Numbered from the whole stretch's first letter, positions 25,581-40,000 are shown. The stretch is DNA of 63,839 nucleotides, filler included, from Pelomyxa schiedti (GCA_020536535.1; 12 parts of 12 records of this genome joined end to end with filler, not necessarily neighbours in it); one strand, 5' to 3'. Program-made: numbers and translations. The notes: a model not told the origin generated them from the sequence alone.

Positions 25581-28500
25581 ATGCACAAGGACGACGGCGA
25601 GAGTGAGACGCACGGCGAAGAAGAAGCAGAAGACGATGGGGATGATGATGAAGAGGGCCGAGGGGCGGTGCTGCATGTGTCCCGAGCTCCCCCTCCCATA
25701 ATCAAGTCCAGGTCTCAGGCACCAGCCGCCCAGCACACGGCCACAGCCCTGCAAGGCACGAGGACCGGCGGGGCGTGCGCGTACCCTCCCACAATTCAGA
25801 ATGGCAACCCCGAGGCACATACGGCGGCCTCCTCCCGACGAGACGCGCAGCCGCCTGCACGAGGGAGCAGAGGAACCAAACCACGTGTGACATCTGTATT
25901 CAAGTCGGAGTCATCCCATAATCGCCAGCGGCAGGCCACCAGCGAGCAGCAGCAGCCACAAGGCCGGCGATTGGAGGGGCAGTGGGGGCGAGGTGGTGTG
26001 AGGATAAACTTCGACAAGGACACTTATGGGTTCGGTGGTGAGCACGACGACTACCACGAAGAAGGAGGAGGTAGCTTCATGGGGAGGGATATTGTTGATT
26101 TAGGTGGTGGTGTACCACACCCAAAGGTGAAGTTTGTTAAACCTTCAGTTGAGGTACCTCCCCTTCTTCTGTTTGAGGCTTTTTTTTTTCCCCCCCTTTT
26201 TTTTCCCTACATACATATATGTGGCTAATGGTAACCTCCTCTCCAAACATTGTGGTGAGAACAGAAAAAGCCAATTTCTGGTATGCAAAAAAAAAGAATA
26301 AGAATATGGGAAAATCCTGACCTTTTTTTGTCTTTGAAGTTGTGGAGGATGTGCACGAATCTTGTGAAGAAGACTCATTCCAGCCAATCCCTCCTCCCAG
26401 GTTCCATCAAGGAGCGTTTCCTGTCCCAACACACAGGTCAATGAAAACTCCACAAGTTGCAGAACCATCCACGCCTACTGTAATTCAACTTCCCCGAGCA
26501 CCATCACATTCTCCAATTCAGTTGCAACCCACCCAACCCCCTCCACTTTCATCAGGGCCTATTGCGGCACCATCCACCACACCACATTCACAGTCAGAAA
26601 CCCCTTCTGCTGCAAGATTCGTTGGAGGAGTCAACATGGATGAAATTGAGCAGGAAAGTTCTCAACGCCTCCAAAATATGAGTGCCGAGGAGATATTAGC
26701 AGCACAAGAAGAAATTCACAGGCTCTTGGATCCTTCCCTGGTGCAACTGTTAAAAGTAGTGTTGCACTCTTTTCCACACAAAAATTGGGTTGATGAGTAA
26801 CAGTTCTTCCTACTTTAGAGACGTGGTGCCAGAAGAAATGCCAATGAGAATCCATCCACCCCCACTGCATCTTCTTTGTCAAGTGCAGAACAACTACCAG
26901 AGATGTTATCTCCACAGCCAAGTGATTTTTTCTTTATGTTGTTTATAATAGAGATTTATAAAATTCAGAAACTTATAACTCATGTAAAAGGTCGGGAATT
27001 ACTCACTACACCAATTGAGACGTCTCTTGCATTACCAAATGACCCTCCAGTGGACATGTCCAAAGAAGTTTGGGGAATATGATATAAAGCTTAAAATTTT
27101 TAAAGACCTACCTAGACTGAGTGGATGTCTGAAGTCATGCCTCCTAAAAATCTGAACCCCTCAACAGGCCCTGTTCCGGCGGAACTTGCACGATTTGATT
27201 TCACGGGAAACTTAATTCCCCCAGGAACAGGTAACCCAATGGAGTGAGTGGTTGCTTCATTTCCCTTAATGTCTTCTGCCAGATGTACCAGTTTCTGCTG
27301 GTTTGCATCACCATGGAGATGATCAATGGTCCGCTGGGTATAGGCTCAGTGACATACACATGCTTGTTCGCAGTTCAGTTGGGACCCAACGAATCATTGC
27401 CCTTAAAACACTGAGTTGCATATTTGCTGCTCACAGATGCTCCACTAAGCAGCCGCCTTTAGTATTAGGTAATACTCCGCCACCAAGAATATACTTTGAA
27501 TAACACTCTCTGTCAGAATTTCTTGACCACGTTTTATCCCTCAAATTTCCCCTGCTCCTTCGAATTTGCATCAACGACGAAAACCAGAACATTGTTGAAG
27601 GATCCATTTTGGCCCTAAGAAACTTGCTTGTTGATTCTGAAGGTTGAGTATATTATCATTTTCTTTCCCCAGTGACACGCTATTGGGGTATGGCTTTAGA
27701 GGAGACACTGTTGGAGCAGTATGAACTCATGTGCAGGGGCCTGGAGTGCCCCCTCAACCCTCAATTTCCCGAAGCTATTGATGCTGTGCTGAAAAAGAAT
27801 GTTGGCAAACACAGTGGAGATGATGGTGAATTTGGCCAAGAAGACAGCTCCGAGGATGACGAAGACCAAGATGAAGCTGAAATTGCCTCGAAAGATGTTA
27901 TTGCTGCCCTTATATCCACTGATATTTACCACAAATTGGTGTATGTGTACTCCCACCCTCTTTTGCGTCTTCTTCTGACATTAAAACACCAGGGAACTTC
28001 TCAATTCTGCAAAAGAAGCCATCCTCACTCCCACCCTCGACATCCTTCTCAAGTTGATTCGTCACTCAGTGCCCTCTGCAGTTTTACTTGCAAAGGTGAT
28101 TCGTGTTTTGCTTCACACATCTTTATAACGACTTACAACCACCAGACCCCAGGGCTTCTTCCGACTTTCACTTCACTTTGCTCCAGTGGTAACAGTCCCT
28201 TCCCTTTTTCTTTTCTGCCCTACCCAATGGAAAAACAGAAATCGATGAAGTGCTTATGAAAACCCTCCGCATTCTAAGAACTCTTTGTTGCTTAAATCGT
28301 GAGGTACACACCTAAAATTTTCAAGTCATTCATTACTAAACTGCCTCAGGCCACAACTGCACTTCTGTCAAGCAGCGGCCTCATCTTAAAAATGAGGCCC
28401 AGGGTGGNNNNNNNNNNNNNNNNNNNNNNNNNNNNNNNNNNNNNNNNNNNNNNNNNNNNNNNNNNNNNNNNNNNNNNNNNNNNNNNNNNNNNNNNNNNNN

Positions 28501-31500
28501 NNNNNNNGTTGCTTAAATCGTGAGGTACACACCTAAAATTTTCAAGTCATTCATTACTAAACTGCCTCAGGCCACAACTGCACTTCTGTCAAGCAGCGGC
28601 CTCATCTTAAAAATGAGGCCCAGGGTGGCGAGTGTAGGTGCCGAAAACAGTTTGGTGCAATACCTAAAGCTTGTTCAAGTTTGTGTCTGCTACGGATTTG
28701 ACTTCAGTGATTTACATGTTGTCAATTCTGACCACCAGCAACCTATCATCACTCACCCTATCCTTACCAGCTTGAAGAGTTTTTATCTTCATCAAGCTGG
28801 AGAGTTGTCACAGCCACATTGGATTGTGCGGCTTGCTCGGTAAACACTAAAGGGTCATTACATTGTGTCGACAATTTGTTTGCCCCTGCCTGGGTCAAAG
28901 CAAATTCTGTCATCCTAGAGGTAAGAGTAATTAGGCTCTCAGGTTTTTCACTGAAATTTCTGCTCCAGAGCATTACAGAGAATTCTCAGGTTCCAACAGG
29001 GGCTCTGTTTGGTTTGGTTTCATCCTGCTTAAATTTTCTCGTCATGTGTGTATGCATTTAACTGTTTTCGAAAAAAAAATAAGTTCTTTTATAGGTGTGG
29101 AAAAGTGACCAAAGAAACGCCAAGTGATTCAAATCTCACCCTCTTATTGAAGACAATAACCCTTCTCTCTGGGAGCACACTTTTTCACATGGCTCTGACT
29201 TCTTGCAGGACTCCTGTGTTCTTTGTATGAGTAGCTCATTTGTTTCCTTTATCTTGACTCTTGGTAGGACCAAAAATATGCACCTCCGAAGGCACTATGC
29301 AGCATACTGGCCTCGGGAAGCCATTGCCCTCGGAATGGGTTACAACCATGAATTCATGTCACCTAGTTTCCGCTTTGCTGAAATTACAGCTCATGTTTTG
29401 TTTGGTAATGTACTTGTAAATTGTATTCACTGATCTAAAACAAAGCCCAAAGAGTGACAATGCACCAGAGCACACCAGGGCATCCATCTATCAGGTTATT
29501 CCTGCTTATGAAGCCATACTTTCAGCCATTCGATACGAAAAGAAAGGTATCATATCCGCTCTATTTGTTTTGTGACTTATTATATATTTTTGAATCTGTG
29601 GAGACCCTTTTCCTGAAGAGACCATTATTGTGGTTGCAAACTGAAATCATACGACTGTTAAAGGAGTTTCAACACATGAAGGTACGTGTTCCCGAGTGTG
29701 TGAGCCATATGACCAGTGAGATTTCTAACTAACACTTACACAGAAGCGCGTTGCTTTCTTATACACCTCAGCCTTGGATTTGGTGGACAAATTCACAACC
29801 GGGGATGGTACTCCACCACCCCTACCAGATTTAACCTGATGACAATTCACAGAAATGCTTTTGGAGTCTATCCTCGTTTCAGTGGTGCTCAACCCACATT
29901 TCCTGAATGCGGTCATCCTTGAAAAGTAATGGTGATTCTGTTGCCACACAAAACTTGACTTCTTTTTCGTTTTCCATTTTTTTAATTGGTTTGGGTCAAA
30001 GGTATTAACATGTGCTGTTCACAGGCTTACGAGCCTTTGGCCGAGGATGTTGTTGATCTGGAAAGCATATGCCAGTCCTTGCTTGTGTTTTTGAAATTCT
30101 ATTTCCTCTGCGATGTTGGTAACTTCGTTCCCCATCCTTCCTTCCTTCCTTACTGCACCTGAGATGTTGGGAATTCTCTTGGCTTGTTTTCTCTGCACCC
30201 TCATGGAAACTTCGCTGTGCCACTCAACAAGTATGGCTATCCCTTCTATTGCTTGACATACTTGACCGGTAACCACAAAAAAACCCAGGACAACAATACC
30301 GCTTCCCACAGATTGGTATCTGCTCCCAGTTTCACATCAAGTCGACCAAGCTGGTGTTTGGTTGCGCTCAAAAGGCTCCGAAATCCCGTCGCTGGCAGTG
30401 AAGAACTGTCTTTTGTTTCTCTATGTCATGGAAAAACTTGGCATTCCAGGTACATATCGTCTTCCCCTAAGTATATCCCCTTCTTGTTCACCACCTCGTT
30501 CTATCTCACAGGGATCACCCAATCAACTCCACTGGGACTGAAAGTTTACCGGCTCATGCAAACTGTGCTTGCAGGCGAAGCGTTCGAGCACTGTTCAGAT
30601 ACACTCAACTTGCTTTTTGAATGCTACGACGCGAACATTCCAAAGAATGAGGAAACACTGTTGCTTCCTCTTCCAGTGCCGCCTGAGCCCCACATAAATT
30701 TCCAATCCGTCTGCCCTCTGTTCACTGTCTTTATCACCGAGTTGGCTGTGAAATTCGCTGCTGATTCATTTGGAAACCGAGTCTGGGCAAAATTGCTTGT
30801 AAGCAGTCCCTTCTTGCTTTGATGATCATTCTCAATTTGAACAAGTTGCTCCTTCTTCGCATGGAATACCCAGCAGAATACAGAAGAATCTTGTTGACAG
30901 AGTTACATGACATTATCTATTTGTTGGCNNNNNNNNNNNNNNNNNNNNNNNNNNNNNNNNNNNNNNNNNNNNNNNNNNNNNNNNNNNNNNNNNNNNNNNN
31001 NNNNNNNNNNNNNNNNNNNNNNNNNNNNCCCTTCTTGCTTTGATGATCATTCTCAATTTGAACAAGTTGCTCCTTCTTCGCATGGAATACCCAGCAGAAT
31101 ACAGAAGAATCTTGTTGACAGAGTTACATGACATTATCTATTTGTTGGCCTTGCCGTCCTTCCCTCTTGGAAGACCCGGTAACTTAACACTCTCATTTCA
31201 AATACATACCTCCACATCACATACAACAACAGGGTACTTCTTCCCCACCGAAACAAGTCCAGAAGTTATCTCACTGTGGAACCAACTTCTCCTGAAAGGA
31301 AAGCTTAGTAGACGCCGTGGGACATCACTCTATTGGCTCGCTGTCCATCACCTGTGCACACACCTTTTCAAAGAACATGTATGCTTAACACACAAACTCC
31401 CTTTTTGCAAATCCAAATACATTCTTCTCACAAACTGCTTCACTACACAGGGCCGAAACCTGCAGTCACTGTTGGATTTGTTGAACCAAGGGAGTAAAGA

Positions 31501-31902
31501 ACTGTGTGCTGATGTTTTAGGCTACAGCTACCCCCAGGACACACCCAACCCCAAACAGNNNNNNNNNNNNNNNNNNNNNNNNNNNNNNNNNNNNNNNNNN
31601 NNNNNNNNNNNNNNNNNNNNNNNNNNNNNNNNNNNNNNNNNNNNNNNNNNNNNNNNNNCCGAAACCTGCAGTCACTGTTGGATTTGTTGAACCAAGGGAG
31701 TAAAGAACTGTGTGCTGATGTTTTAGGCTACAGCTACCCCCAGGACACACCCAACCCCAAACAGCCACAGCTCTACACTACTGGTACCAGTGCTGGTGCA
31801 CGTGGGTTCAGTCCTGGTATATGTTCTCAAGTGAACAACACCCCCCTAACACCCAATGCTCAGAATGCTCACAGTTGCTGCTGGGCCACTGCAGCCCTTT
31901 GA
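25581..31902 (+). CDS. RPAP1: RNA polymerase II-associated protein 1 (RPAP1/Rba50), many introns, spans three scaffold gaps
   Basis: RPAP1_N-like MDEIEQESSQRLQNMSAEEILAAQEEIHRLLDPSLVQLL. RPAP1_C-like RFDFTG...GLHHHGDDQWSAGYRLSDIHMLVRSSVGTQRIIALKTL. C-terminal DSFGNRVWAKLL. Confidence 0.87.
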
Positions 31903-33660
31903 TAATGCAAATTACTGCTCGGCTTGCTGTTTTGTTCCCGCAGGAATAACAGTGACACTAACCCACAGCACAATCAAGTAGAGGTACAAAAAAAGGAGGG
32001 ATTTCTTTCTTAGTTGCAATTTTTACAAAGTAATCGTGTGACACAAAAGCACAAGTTTGATGGGGCGTTAGTTTTCGCTGAGTTCGATTACTTAGGTCTC
32101 TAAGTTAGCGAACTCTGAGGAGTTGATAGAGCGGAGTGCTTGAACCATTTGGGAGGAATGCGAGCGAAAAGCGAGAGAAAAAAAGACTGAGAGAACGGAC
32201 CGGATTTATTTTTAGATTTTTCAAAACAACAACGAAATGAACAGAATTGCTTGGCTTCGAACGAAGCCTTGTTTACGCGTAAACAGTTGGTTTTCCCTTC
32301 ATTTTTTTTCAACAGCACACGCACCCCCTGCAACGCTCCCCAGTTGCACACGTATCCAGTGCCTTACGCTGCTTACCCACATTTGTCTGTTTTGGCTCGT
32401 TTGCGGAGTCTACACGTTGGTTGAAATTCTTGCATCTGAATGTCAATTTACATCACGCGAATTGCCTGCGGACCACAACAATAATGTCGTTCATTTACCG
32501 TCACCGATGTTTGTGGAATTATGGCTCCAATACCGTGACCTGTCACATGAGACCAGTCCGAGAACTGTCCTGTGCACGTGGCATCCTTGAGCTGAACTTT
32601 TTGGAGCTATCTGAATTTCCATGTTCTAAACGTGCAGTTGCTGTTTTCTGTGACCGCCTCAGAGCCAAAAAAACAAAACCCCGCAAACAAACAAAAAATA
32701 AAAAACCAAGCCGAAAACGCGACACCGAAACGCGAAAACACTACACCTAAAACACGAAAACGTGACACTAACCATGGCGCTGATGCTGTAGAGGTTTTCG
32801 TTATAACAAGGTTGAAAAAGTCACTTTTTTTTTTTCCATACACCTGTTTTTTTTAAGTTCGGTGGTTACGTTTTACCCGTTTTACTGGGGTGTTGCGCGT
32901 CACCGCCTCTTTTCGCTTACTCTGGTTGTTAGAGAATTCGTGGGTGATGGATATGGCTGGTGTCACAGCCTATCTTCAGTTCTTGGAAGCAGCCGCGAGA
33001 GTTCGTTGTTGTTTGCTGCCAGCTGGCTGCAGGTAAACTAAGTTTTCTATATCTGGTATTCTGATATCGACTTGCAGAGAGACAAAAGAGAGCTGCTCCT
33101 GGATATTGGATTTGCATTTTGGATATTACAGTGAGCACACCCTTCAAGGAGAGGCACCCCCAATTTTCCCCATATCACCTGTACTAACAACCTCGTAGGT
33201 GCAATCACGCTGGGCTCTATATGGGCTGATGAGAGTCACAACAGATATCATCAATCAAGGTTGTTCGGCGCACACGACAACCTGACGAGATGACGAGATG
33301 GCGAGGTGCGGCTCGCGCACAGAACCGCACCTCGCCAAGCAAAGCAAGCTCTCCCTACCTACCTACTGTCTATCTGTTGTGACCACCCCAAGCAAGGTTT
33401 TATAAACTTCTTAATATACACTTACTCGTACACAGCGCGCTGCCGCCGCGAGTGAGTGAACTGTGGAGTTCGAGAGTTCTTCGTACGGTAGTTGTGTATT
33501 TTACTGTACGAAAAAGACAAACAGTGTTTCTCAAAAAACTTTTTTCTTTGTTTCTGTTTCGGGGTAGTGGTCGATTACCGGGAATGATAACCTTACAACT
33601 TCCAGATTTCTCTACTGAGATCGTTGTTATGTAGATCTGACATTTTTCAAAAAAAAACCC

Positions 33661-34498
33661 ATGGAGCCAGAGTACCAGTATGTGTTGTCGGTACCGACTC
33701 GCCACCGAAAAAAGGGGGTGATCAAGATGCTGATGCCCTACTCTGAGAAACTGTATGTTTGTTGTGCATGCGTGGCTGTGCCGGTAATTTGTTTTTTTTT
33801 TTTCACAATACCAAAGGCACCATTCAGCACACGGATACATCGACGACTGCAAAGAGCGCAACGTGGATCGCAAAGAAGAGCGACTCACGTTCATGAAGTT
33901 CGAAGAGAAAGAGGTCATGTGGAAGGCACTGGAGAAGTGCCGCAGTGTTCGCCGGTACGAAGAGCTGGGAGATGTAGACTTCGCGGCAAGTCTACCCAAG
34001 ATTTGGCAGGATAAGTGCTCGCTGCCCATCTATGTCCCAAGTACCCCAGAAGACCTGGCGAGGAAGGCGGCCCTCCCACCCCCACGCGTCCCGCAACACG
34101 TCGCCCAAGCCCCTCGCGGTAGCCGCCATGGTGGCCCTCGCCGGCCTGCGCCACCCCCTCAACATCGCCCCCGTCTGGATCGTGACAGTGACACCACCAC
34201 GAGCACCACCAGCACCAGCACCACCACCACGACGGCGGCGGCTACTGCCTCCACGTCAGCCTTCTCGTCGAGCTGGGGATGCATCAGCACCACAACCAGC
34301 CACGGCGGCAGCAGCACGGCCGATGCCGATTCCGCCGCGCCGTCTATTGGTCCTCCTCCGTGCTCGCCTGCGTCCTCCTCAACCCGCAGCAACAACAGCA
34401 ACGCCGACGCCGACGCCGCGCCCCCGCCAAAGTCCTCAACCTCCTCCACTACCTCATGTGAGAATGGACCGTTGATTAGTTCGCGGAAGGTCTTCTGA
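33661..34498 (+). CDS. Small protein with an RRM-like N-terminal region and a Pro/Thr/Ser-rich tail
   Basis: MEPEYQY...PYSEKL splices in frame to HHSAHGYIDD...LTFMKFEEKEVMWKAL (RNP1-like), followed by low-complexity sequence. Confidence 0.5.
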
Positions 34499-34619
34499 TT
34501 TGGATCTCTGGGAAACATACTCAGAGTGTGACTCATCCTATAACTACACCAACCAGCAACATAACAAAGGAGTTAAATAAAACCCTTAACCTTGTTCCCC
34601 TCTCTATTTTTGTGTTGAT

Positions 34620-34867
34620 ATTGATGGGTGACAAGGGTAGAATTCCCACACTCATCCTCACAACAGGGCTCTGGCTTCATCTCGCTCTCCAAGTACGACA
34701 ACACGCCCCTGCCTGCTGCTGTTTCACATGATGATGGTGATGATGTGGCACCCCCTTCTGGTGTGAAACAGCAGGCAGGGGTGTGTTGTTGTACTTGGAG
34801 AGTGAGATGAAGCCAGAGCCCTGTTGTGAGGATGAGTGTGGGAATGCTACCCTTGTCACCCATCAAT
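34620..34867. repeat. Long fold-back E (about 106-bp stem, 33-nt loop) with an outer 13-bp inverted repeat (34566-34578 / 34872-34884)
   Basis: 34620-34728 vs the reverse complement of 34762-34867 shows 4 substitutions and one 3-nt indel. Confidence 0.93.
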
Positions 34868-34905
34868 GTCGATTTAACTCCTTTTTGTTTGGGAACACCT
34901 CACAG

Positions 34906-35857
34906 GCAGTTACAGGCACCAGCCAGTGGCAATCAAGAATCATAAAGTGTTTGATGAACAGTCACAATTCATTCACGATATGTTTGAGGCTTTTCTGACA
35001 GAGGTGGAAATTTTCAGGTTTGTAACTCATCATGCAACATACCTTCTTCCAGTGGCCCTGCAGATGTTCACGAAGAACCTGACTTTGGTGAAACTCATCC
35101 AGCTTATGTATGGAGCGGTATGCTGCCGTGTACCATCTCTGTCTCATCTTATCTTTACTAATAATAAATACATGCACAGGCAAAAGGTTTGATGTGGTTA
35201 CCACTCTCCTATTTCTCTTTTCGGAAGAGTTTATTTCCTGGGAGACCCCTTTCGAGGCAGAGAAGGAGATCAAAAAGGAAAAGAGGAGGATTGAAAAGGA
35301 AAAGGGGAGGATTGAAGAGGAAAAGGGGAGGGACACGGAAAGGGAAGATATGTTGTTGGCAATACTAACCAAGCATGAGGGCGTGCCAGGAGCTATTCCA
35401 TCGCGCCCGACAATACCCACTACGGTCGGTGGTACTAAGACTCCGATATTGGTACCACCCAAACTGGTTTGTGCTCCACCCACTCCCAAATCCGAAAACG
35501 AATTTCGTTTAGAAAGGCCTGATAGAACGCTGTTGGTTGGATACAGAGGCCAATGTATAATCTCATCCTCCCCTCTAACCTGACTTGTCTTGTGCTCTAA
35601 TATGTACACCAAATTAGCGCCCACAATGCATGGAACAAGTGGTGGGTACGTTGGCAGAAATATTCTTCGAGGCCACAGCACCACTTCAAGAGGCCAGGGA
35701 CATCTGGTGTCGACTGCATGGCGTACAGAACACCAGAGACTTGCCAATGGAGAATCCTGATCCCGCGGTGTTATGGCACCATTTTGTGGCACAGGCACGA
35801 TCGGATATTGACTGGAACGCCCACAAAGCTACTCTATGTGGTTTGTACTCTCTTTAA
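34906..35857 (+). pseudogene. Degenerate kinase-like fragment joined to a charged coiled-coil segment; possibly chimeric or a pseudogene
   Basis: YRHQPVAIK...FLTEVEIFS resembles kinase subdomains II-III, but no Gly-loop, HRD or DFG was found. It is followed by EKEIKKEKRRIEKEKGR. Confidence 0.35.
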
Positions 35858-36114
35858 GTTCTTTTAACTTCAAACCAACTCTGAGTAGTAGATAATAGTG
35901 TTACCCTACGCGGTCTCAATGAGTTACTGGCCTCACCCCTCATTCAGAACTCGTAATGGTCATCATCAACCTCATCATAGGACCATCACTGACATTACTC
36001 CTGCTTCCATACATCCCTCTCCACACAAATAGTTTTTCAAGCCCGAAAAAAAAAAAAGTCACATAACAACAACTGATGCCTTTGTTGAAATTTTTACAAC
36101 CACCACCCATCATT

Positions 36115-36863
36115 TCATTGCCAGTTAATTGTGAGCTTCTCACTGATGTTTTCACTGTTTTTGCTGATGACCTGTATTGGTTGTTGTTAAAGGTGATTGG
36201 GAAGTTGTGTAGTACCTGGCAGAACTCCTCAAATGAAATTCGGCCGTCTTTGTCAAGGTCTGCTTCTATGATGGTCTTATCCACAATTTGTTGGAGTTGG
36301 ACGTCATTCAGGTTGTTGCCCACCATCATTTTGAGGACTTGGAACAGCTCCCCGTTGGAAATGAAGCCATCTCCGTCCATATCATAAACTTGGAATGCAA
36401 CTGCGGTGTTTTTTTCGTTTAATTTTCATTTTGTAAAAGGGGAGATGGACTCACATCGTAGCTTTTGTTCATGAGAACCCTTGTTGGAAAGGGTGCTGAG
36501 GGTTGATACGAACTCACTGAATTGTATTTCATCGTCCTTATTCTTGTCGAAAATGGCAAGAAGACGGCCGAGAAGGGGATTTTGTCTGTGAATCAAATGT
36601 CATAAACATAAAAGTAAATATAGGGGATACCGGAGATCAGGGATTGCCAGGAATTCGTCAGTAGTGAGCGTACCACTGCCATCAGTATCGAGTTTCTTAA
36701 ATCGCCTGTAGAGTCGTCTCAGCTCTTGTTCGGTGACTGTAAAGCGAAAAACACGTCAATAGTTTCCAACATTTTTACGGGGCCGAGACTTCGTACAATT
36801 CGTTGTAGCCATCATTGTGTCCAAGTCCTCCGGTCGTATACCAACAGAATTAGATGCGCCCAT
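36115..36863 (-). CDS. CNB1: Calcineurin regulatory subunit B (4 EF-hands, N-myristoylation Gly2)
   Basis: MGASNS..., [33 protein letters not shown] and [60 protein letters not shown]. Confidence 0.96.
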
Positions 36864-37046
36864 TTTATTTCTTTGTTGCCTACTCCGCTGATCCTTCGAA
36901 GCACCTCTAGATCTCAGCCACAACACCAAGTTTTTTTTTTCCCTGTTTGATTTCGGCTTAGATGAAAAAACGATCCGATAATTGGGTTTTGTTCCGGTAA
37001 AAAATTAGAAAATTAGCGCCGTAGGGGTTTTATTGTAGAATCAAAG

Positions 37047-40000
37047 TTACGTGCTGTTGTGCATGGTTTCAAGAATGGTGAGTGAACCGCGGGCTATGCA
37101 AAGTTGGTGCTCAGCATAACAAATGGCCGCTTGTTCTTTGGCCGTCTGTTTGTTCTTTGCATTACTGCCGGTTTGTCTGAGGTTACTCTGTGAAAATTGA
37201 GTTCAGGATACTGACAATTGGGAGTTGCCTAACCGTTAGGCGGGATTCTATCCCGGTCAACAGAGTGTGAAGAGTTTGGTAGACTGCTTCCTCTGTTTGT
37301 GGGCTGAATGAAAGTGAGAAATGTAATTAAAAGGAATCCGAACCTCAGATGAGAAGGAAGCTCCAATGATGGTGAGTTCAGGAGTGTTTCGAGTTCAGTG
37401 GAATTACTGGATGTGAGAAGCCGTAGTGCTCCAAGTAACTGAGGTGACAAAACTTGCGAAGTCAGGAAGTGATCTATACTGTTTTCTACAAATTAGTGGT
37501 TACTAGTGCCAGATTAAACGCACGTGAGATGGTATTTGTCCAGGCATCGCTGTCTGAAATCATAATTATCGTCCTCTGGAAGTGCAAGTTCCATAGGCAT
37601 TACAGAATAGTTCTCAATGATGGTAATTTTGGGGGTTACTGTGCTGGGTTGGACAGGATCTAATTGCGTTGCTGAGGTTGAGGTTGATGTTGATGTTGAT
37701 GTTGAGGTTGAAGTTGCTTGGGAACCAGAAGTAGTGATGGATGTGGAGGTATGTTTTAGTGGCGAAGGTGTATTGGAAGTGGTAAGACAAAATCCGAAGT
37801 GAAGCAAGTGGTCATGAATTTGATCTGAACCACAGTTGTCAAAAATCTTTCAGCGTGTTAAAGCACTTTAGAGTTTAGCAGCTTCTTACTTCATCACCAG
37901 CAGAGAGGGATACGTCAGATCGAACAGCAACTCCATCTCCAGTGTGTTCATATTTCAGCTTTTTATTATATTAGGCACATCCACTGAATGTAGTGCCACA
38001 CAACCTGGATAAAGGGATGATGTCGTGGCATCATTGGAAATGGTACAACGGCGGGCATATAGTCCAAGTCACTAAACAGGGTTTGTGTACTTGTTGAGGA
38101 GGATTGAGTATGTTCTGGGACTGCACAGGTTGATGGGTCATTTGGAAGTGCATGGGAATCGGACAGTATTCTCAACCACAAGTACCGGTTGAAGGAAAGC
38201 TTTTGCAAATTGAACTCTTTTTTCATCGTCTGTAAGATTATGGTGAGAAAGGAGGTTTGATTTTTTCAAGCAGGCTAGCTACATTTGGCACGGCACTGTT
38301 CAGAGCAGCAAATTCCGATTCATATTGCTCAAATAAGGACTGAGTTTCACCTAAAATGTAAGCCGGTAAGTAGGTGGCAATCGGAGGGTTGTGAACTGGT
38401 TACTTACAATCTAAAAATGTTCCTTCGATCATGTGCCGTTCAGATTCAGAGAAGCATAAACTGGAACAAAAGGAGGGAGGGAGGCCAGCTGGGGACATCA
38501 ATAAGTGCAAGATGTGATACACTCTGGCAAGTAGTGGTAGTGGTACCAAAAAAAGGGCGCCACTTCGAATCAGTGATCCTGGACTGATGACTGAGAAGTA
38601 AGGCAAATAAAACATCAGGCCCAAGTGCAGTGAGCACTTTCTTCCTTGAGCGAGCATCCGAGAGCCATTTCCGCACAGAAACAGAACTGTTTGATGCCAA
38701 AGTATCAAGTGATAGGAGCATTTGACATGGTATGAAGGCGACAACCTCTCCTGGCTTGTTTTTTCAGCTCTTAGAATATACAGTAATGAAATGTATCAGT
38801 ACTGCGAATACCTGGATGTTCTCAGTAGCTGTCAATATAATGTCTCCTTGATGGTCCTGTTTGTAGCAAACTTTCAGAAAGATGTTGTTGAGCTTAGCCC
38901 ATTTGTTGAATGCTTCCATTGTATTTAGATCTTTTAAAAAGGAGAGTTAATAACAACAAAAGTAATCACTGCCAGTTTGGACACCAGGAAAGTATCGAGT
39001 TGTGACATAACGTGGTTGATAAAAGGAACTTTTGAAGAAGTTCACATATAGGTCATCGGCCACTTTTGCAGAGTGCTGAAGAATTTCGGCCTTGAAGAAC
39101 AAAAAATTAGTGGTCAGAAAAGGTGTGGTGGCACTCAAACTTGTCCGGTTCGGTAAATAAGAGTTGCATGCAGTGTAGGAGTAATAGAACCAGCATGCAA
39201 TCTCTGTTTATCTCCCTGACGGAAATTAGACCTGGTTAAAGGAAGAGGGAACACTCACTTCGATGTCTTTAAAAGTGAGCTTGTTGAACTGATTTCTGAG
39301 GAGTGTTCGAAGCAGTTGGAGTGTTCGTAGCTGTGTATTAAGCAACGTTAAAGGGATTACAAACTGATTTGATGGTTATCTATACCTCGTTGTTGACCGT
39401 AATTATCGAGTTTGGTGGTGAACCGGGATTCCAAAAGTAAAGTTCCTCCTCGGTAGTATTTAGCACCCTACAAGCTCTAAAAATGCAGATCATTGAATAT
39501 TTGGGGGCAGGGTACCGCATGATATCAACAAGGGTTGAGGGAACAGGGTCTTCCAAGGTAAGGTACTGCTCGAATCTAAATGGGTTCCTTTAGTATGGAG
39601 CCGGTAAGGGGTGAACCTACGTTAGAGCCCTCGATTGAAGAATGGAGAGCTTCCTCTGCAGTTGAATTTCATTTGGCTCGGAAGGTTTTCCAATCTTTAT
39701 CGTGAATGAATCGAGAGGGTTGTTTTCGTAAACAAAACCGTAGTTGAGGAGGAGTTTTTCTTATTTGGTCCATACGTTACAGTGTGCAAATTTTGTTGTG
39801 GTAACACATACCATTGCTACGGTGTCTGTAATTGTTCAGGAACTGCACAAGATTTTAATACCCACACATAGTGTTTATTTATGCATGTATTTATGGAATT
39901 TATTTCTTCCGCACTTCATGATTGGGAGGTATGGCACAGTGAGGAACGATAGAAAATTCACCTTTCACAACATCTGAAACATATGTCACCTAATGTGCAG

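Noticed and set aside
28287-31764. Three about 105-120-nt direct duplications in RPAP1 (28287-28407/28508-28628, 30809-30928/31029-31148, 31453-31558/31659-31764)
   Set aside because: Each pair is identical and flanks a 100-N gap. These are unmerged overlapping contig ends, not exon duplications.
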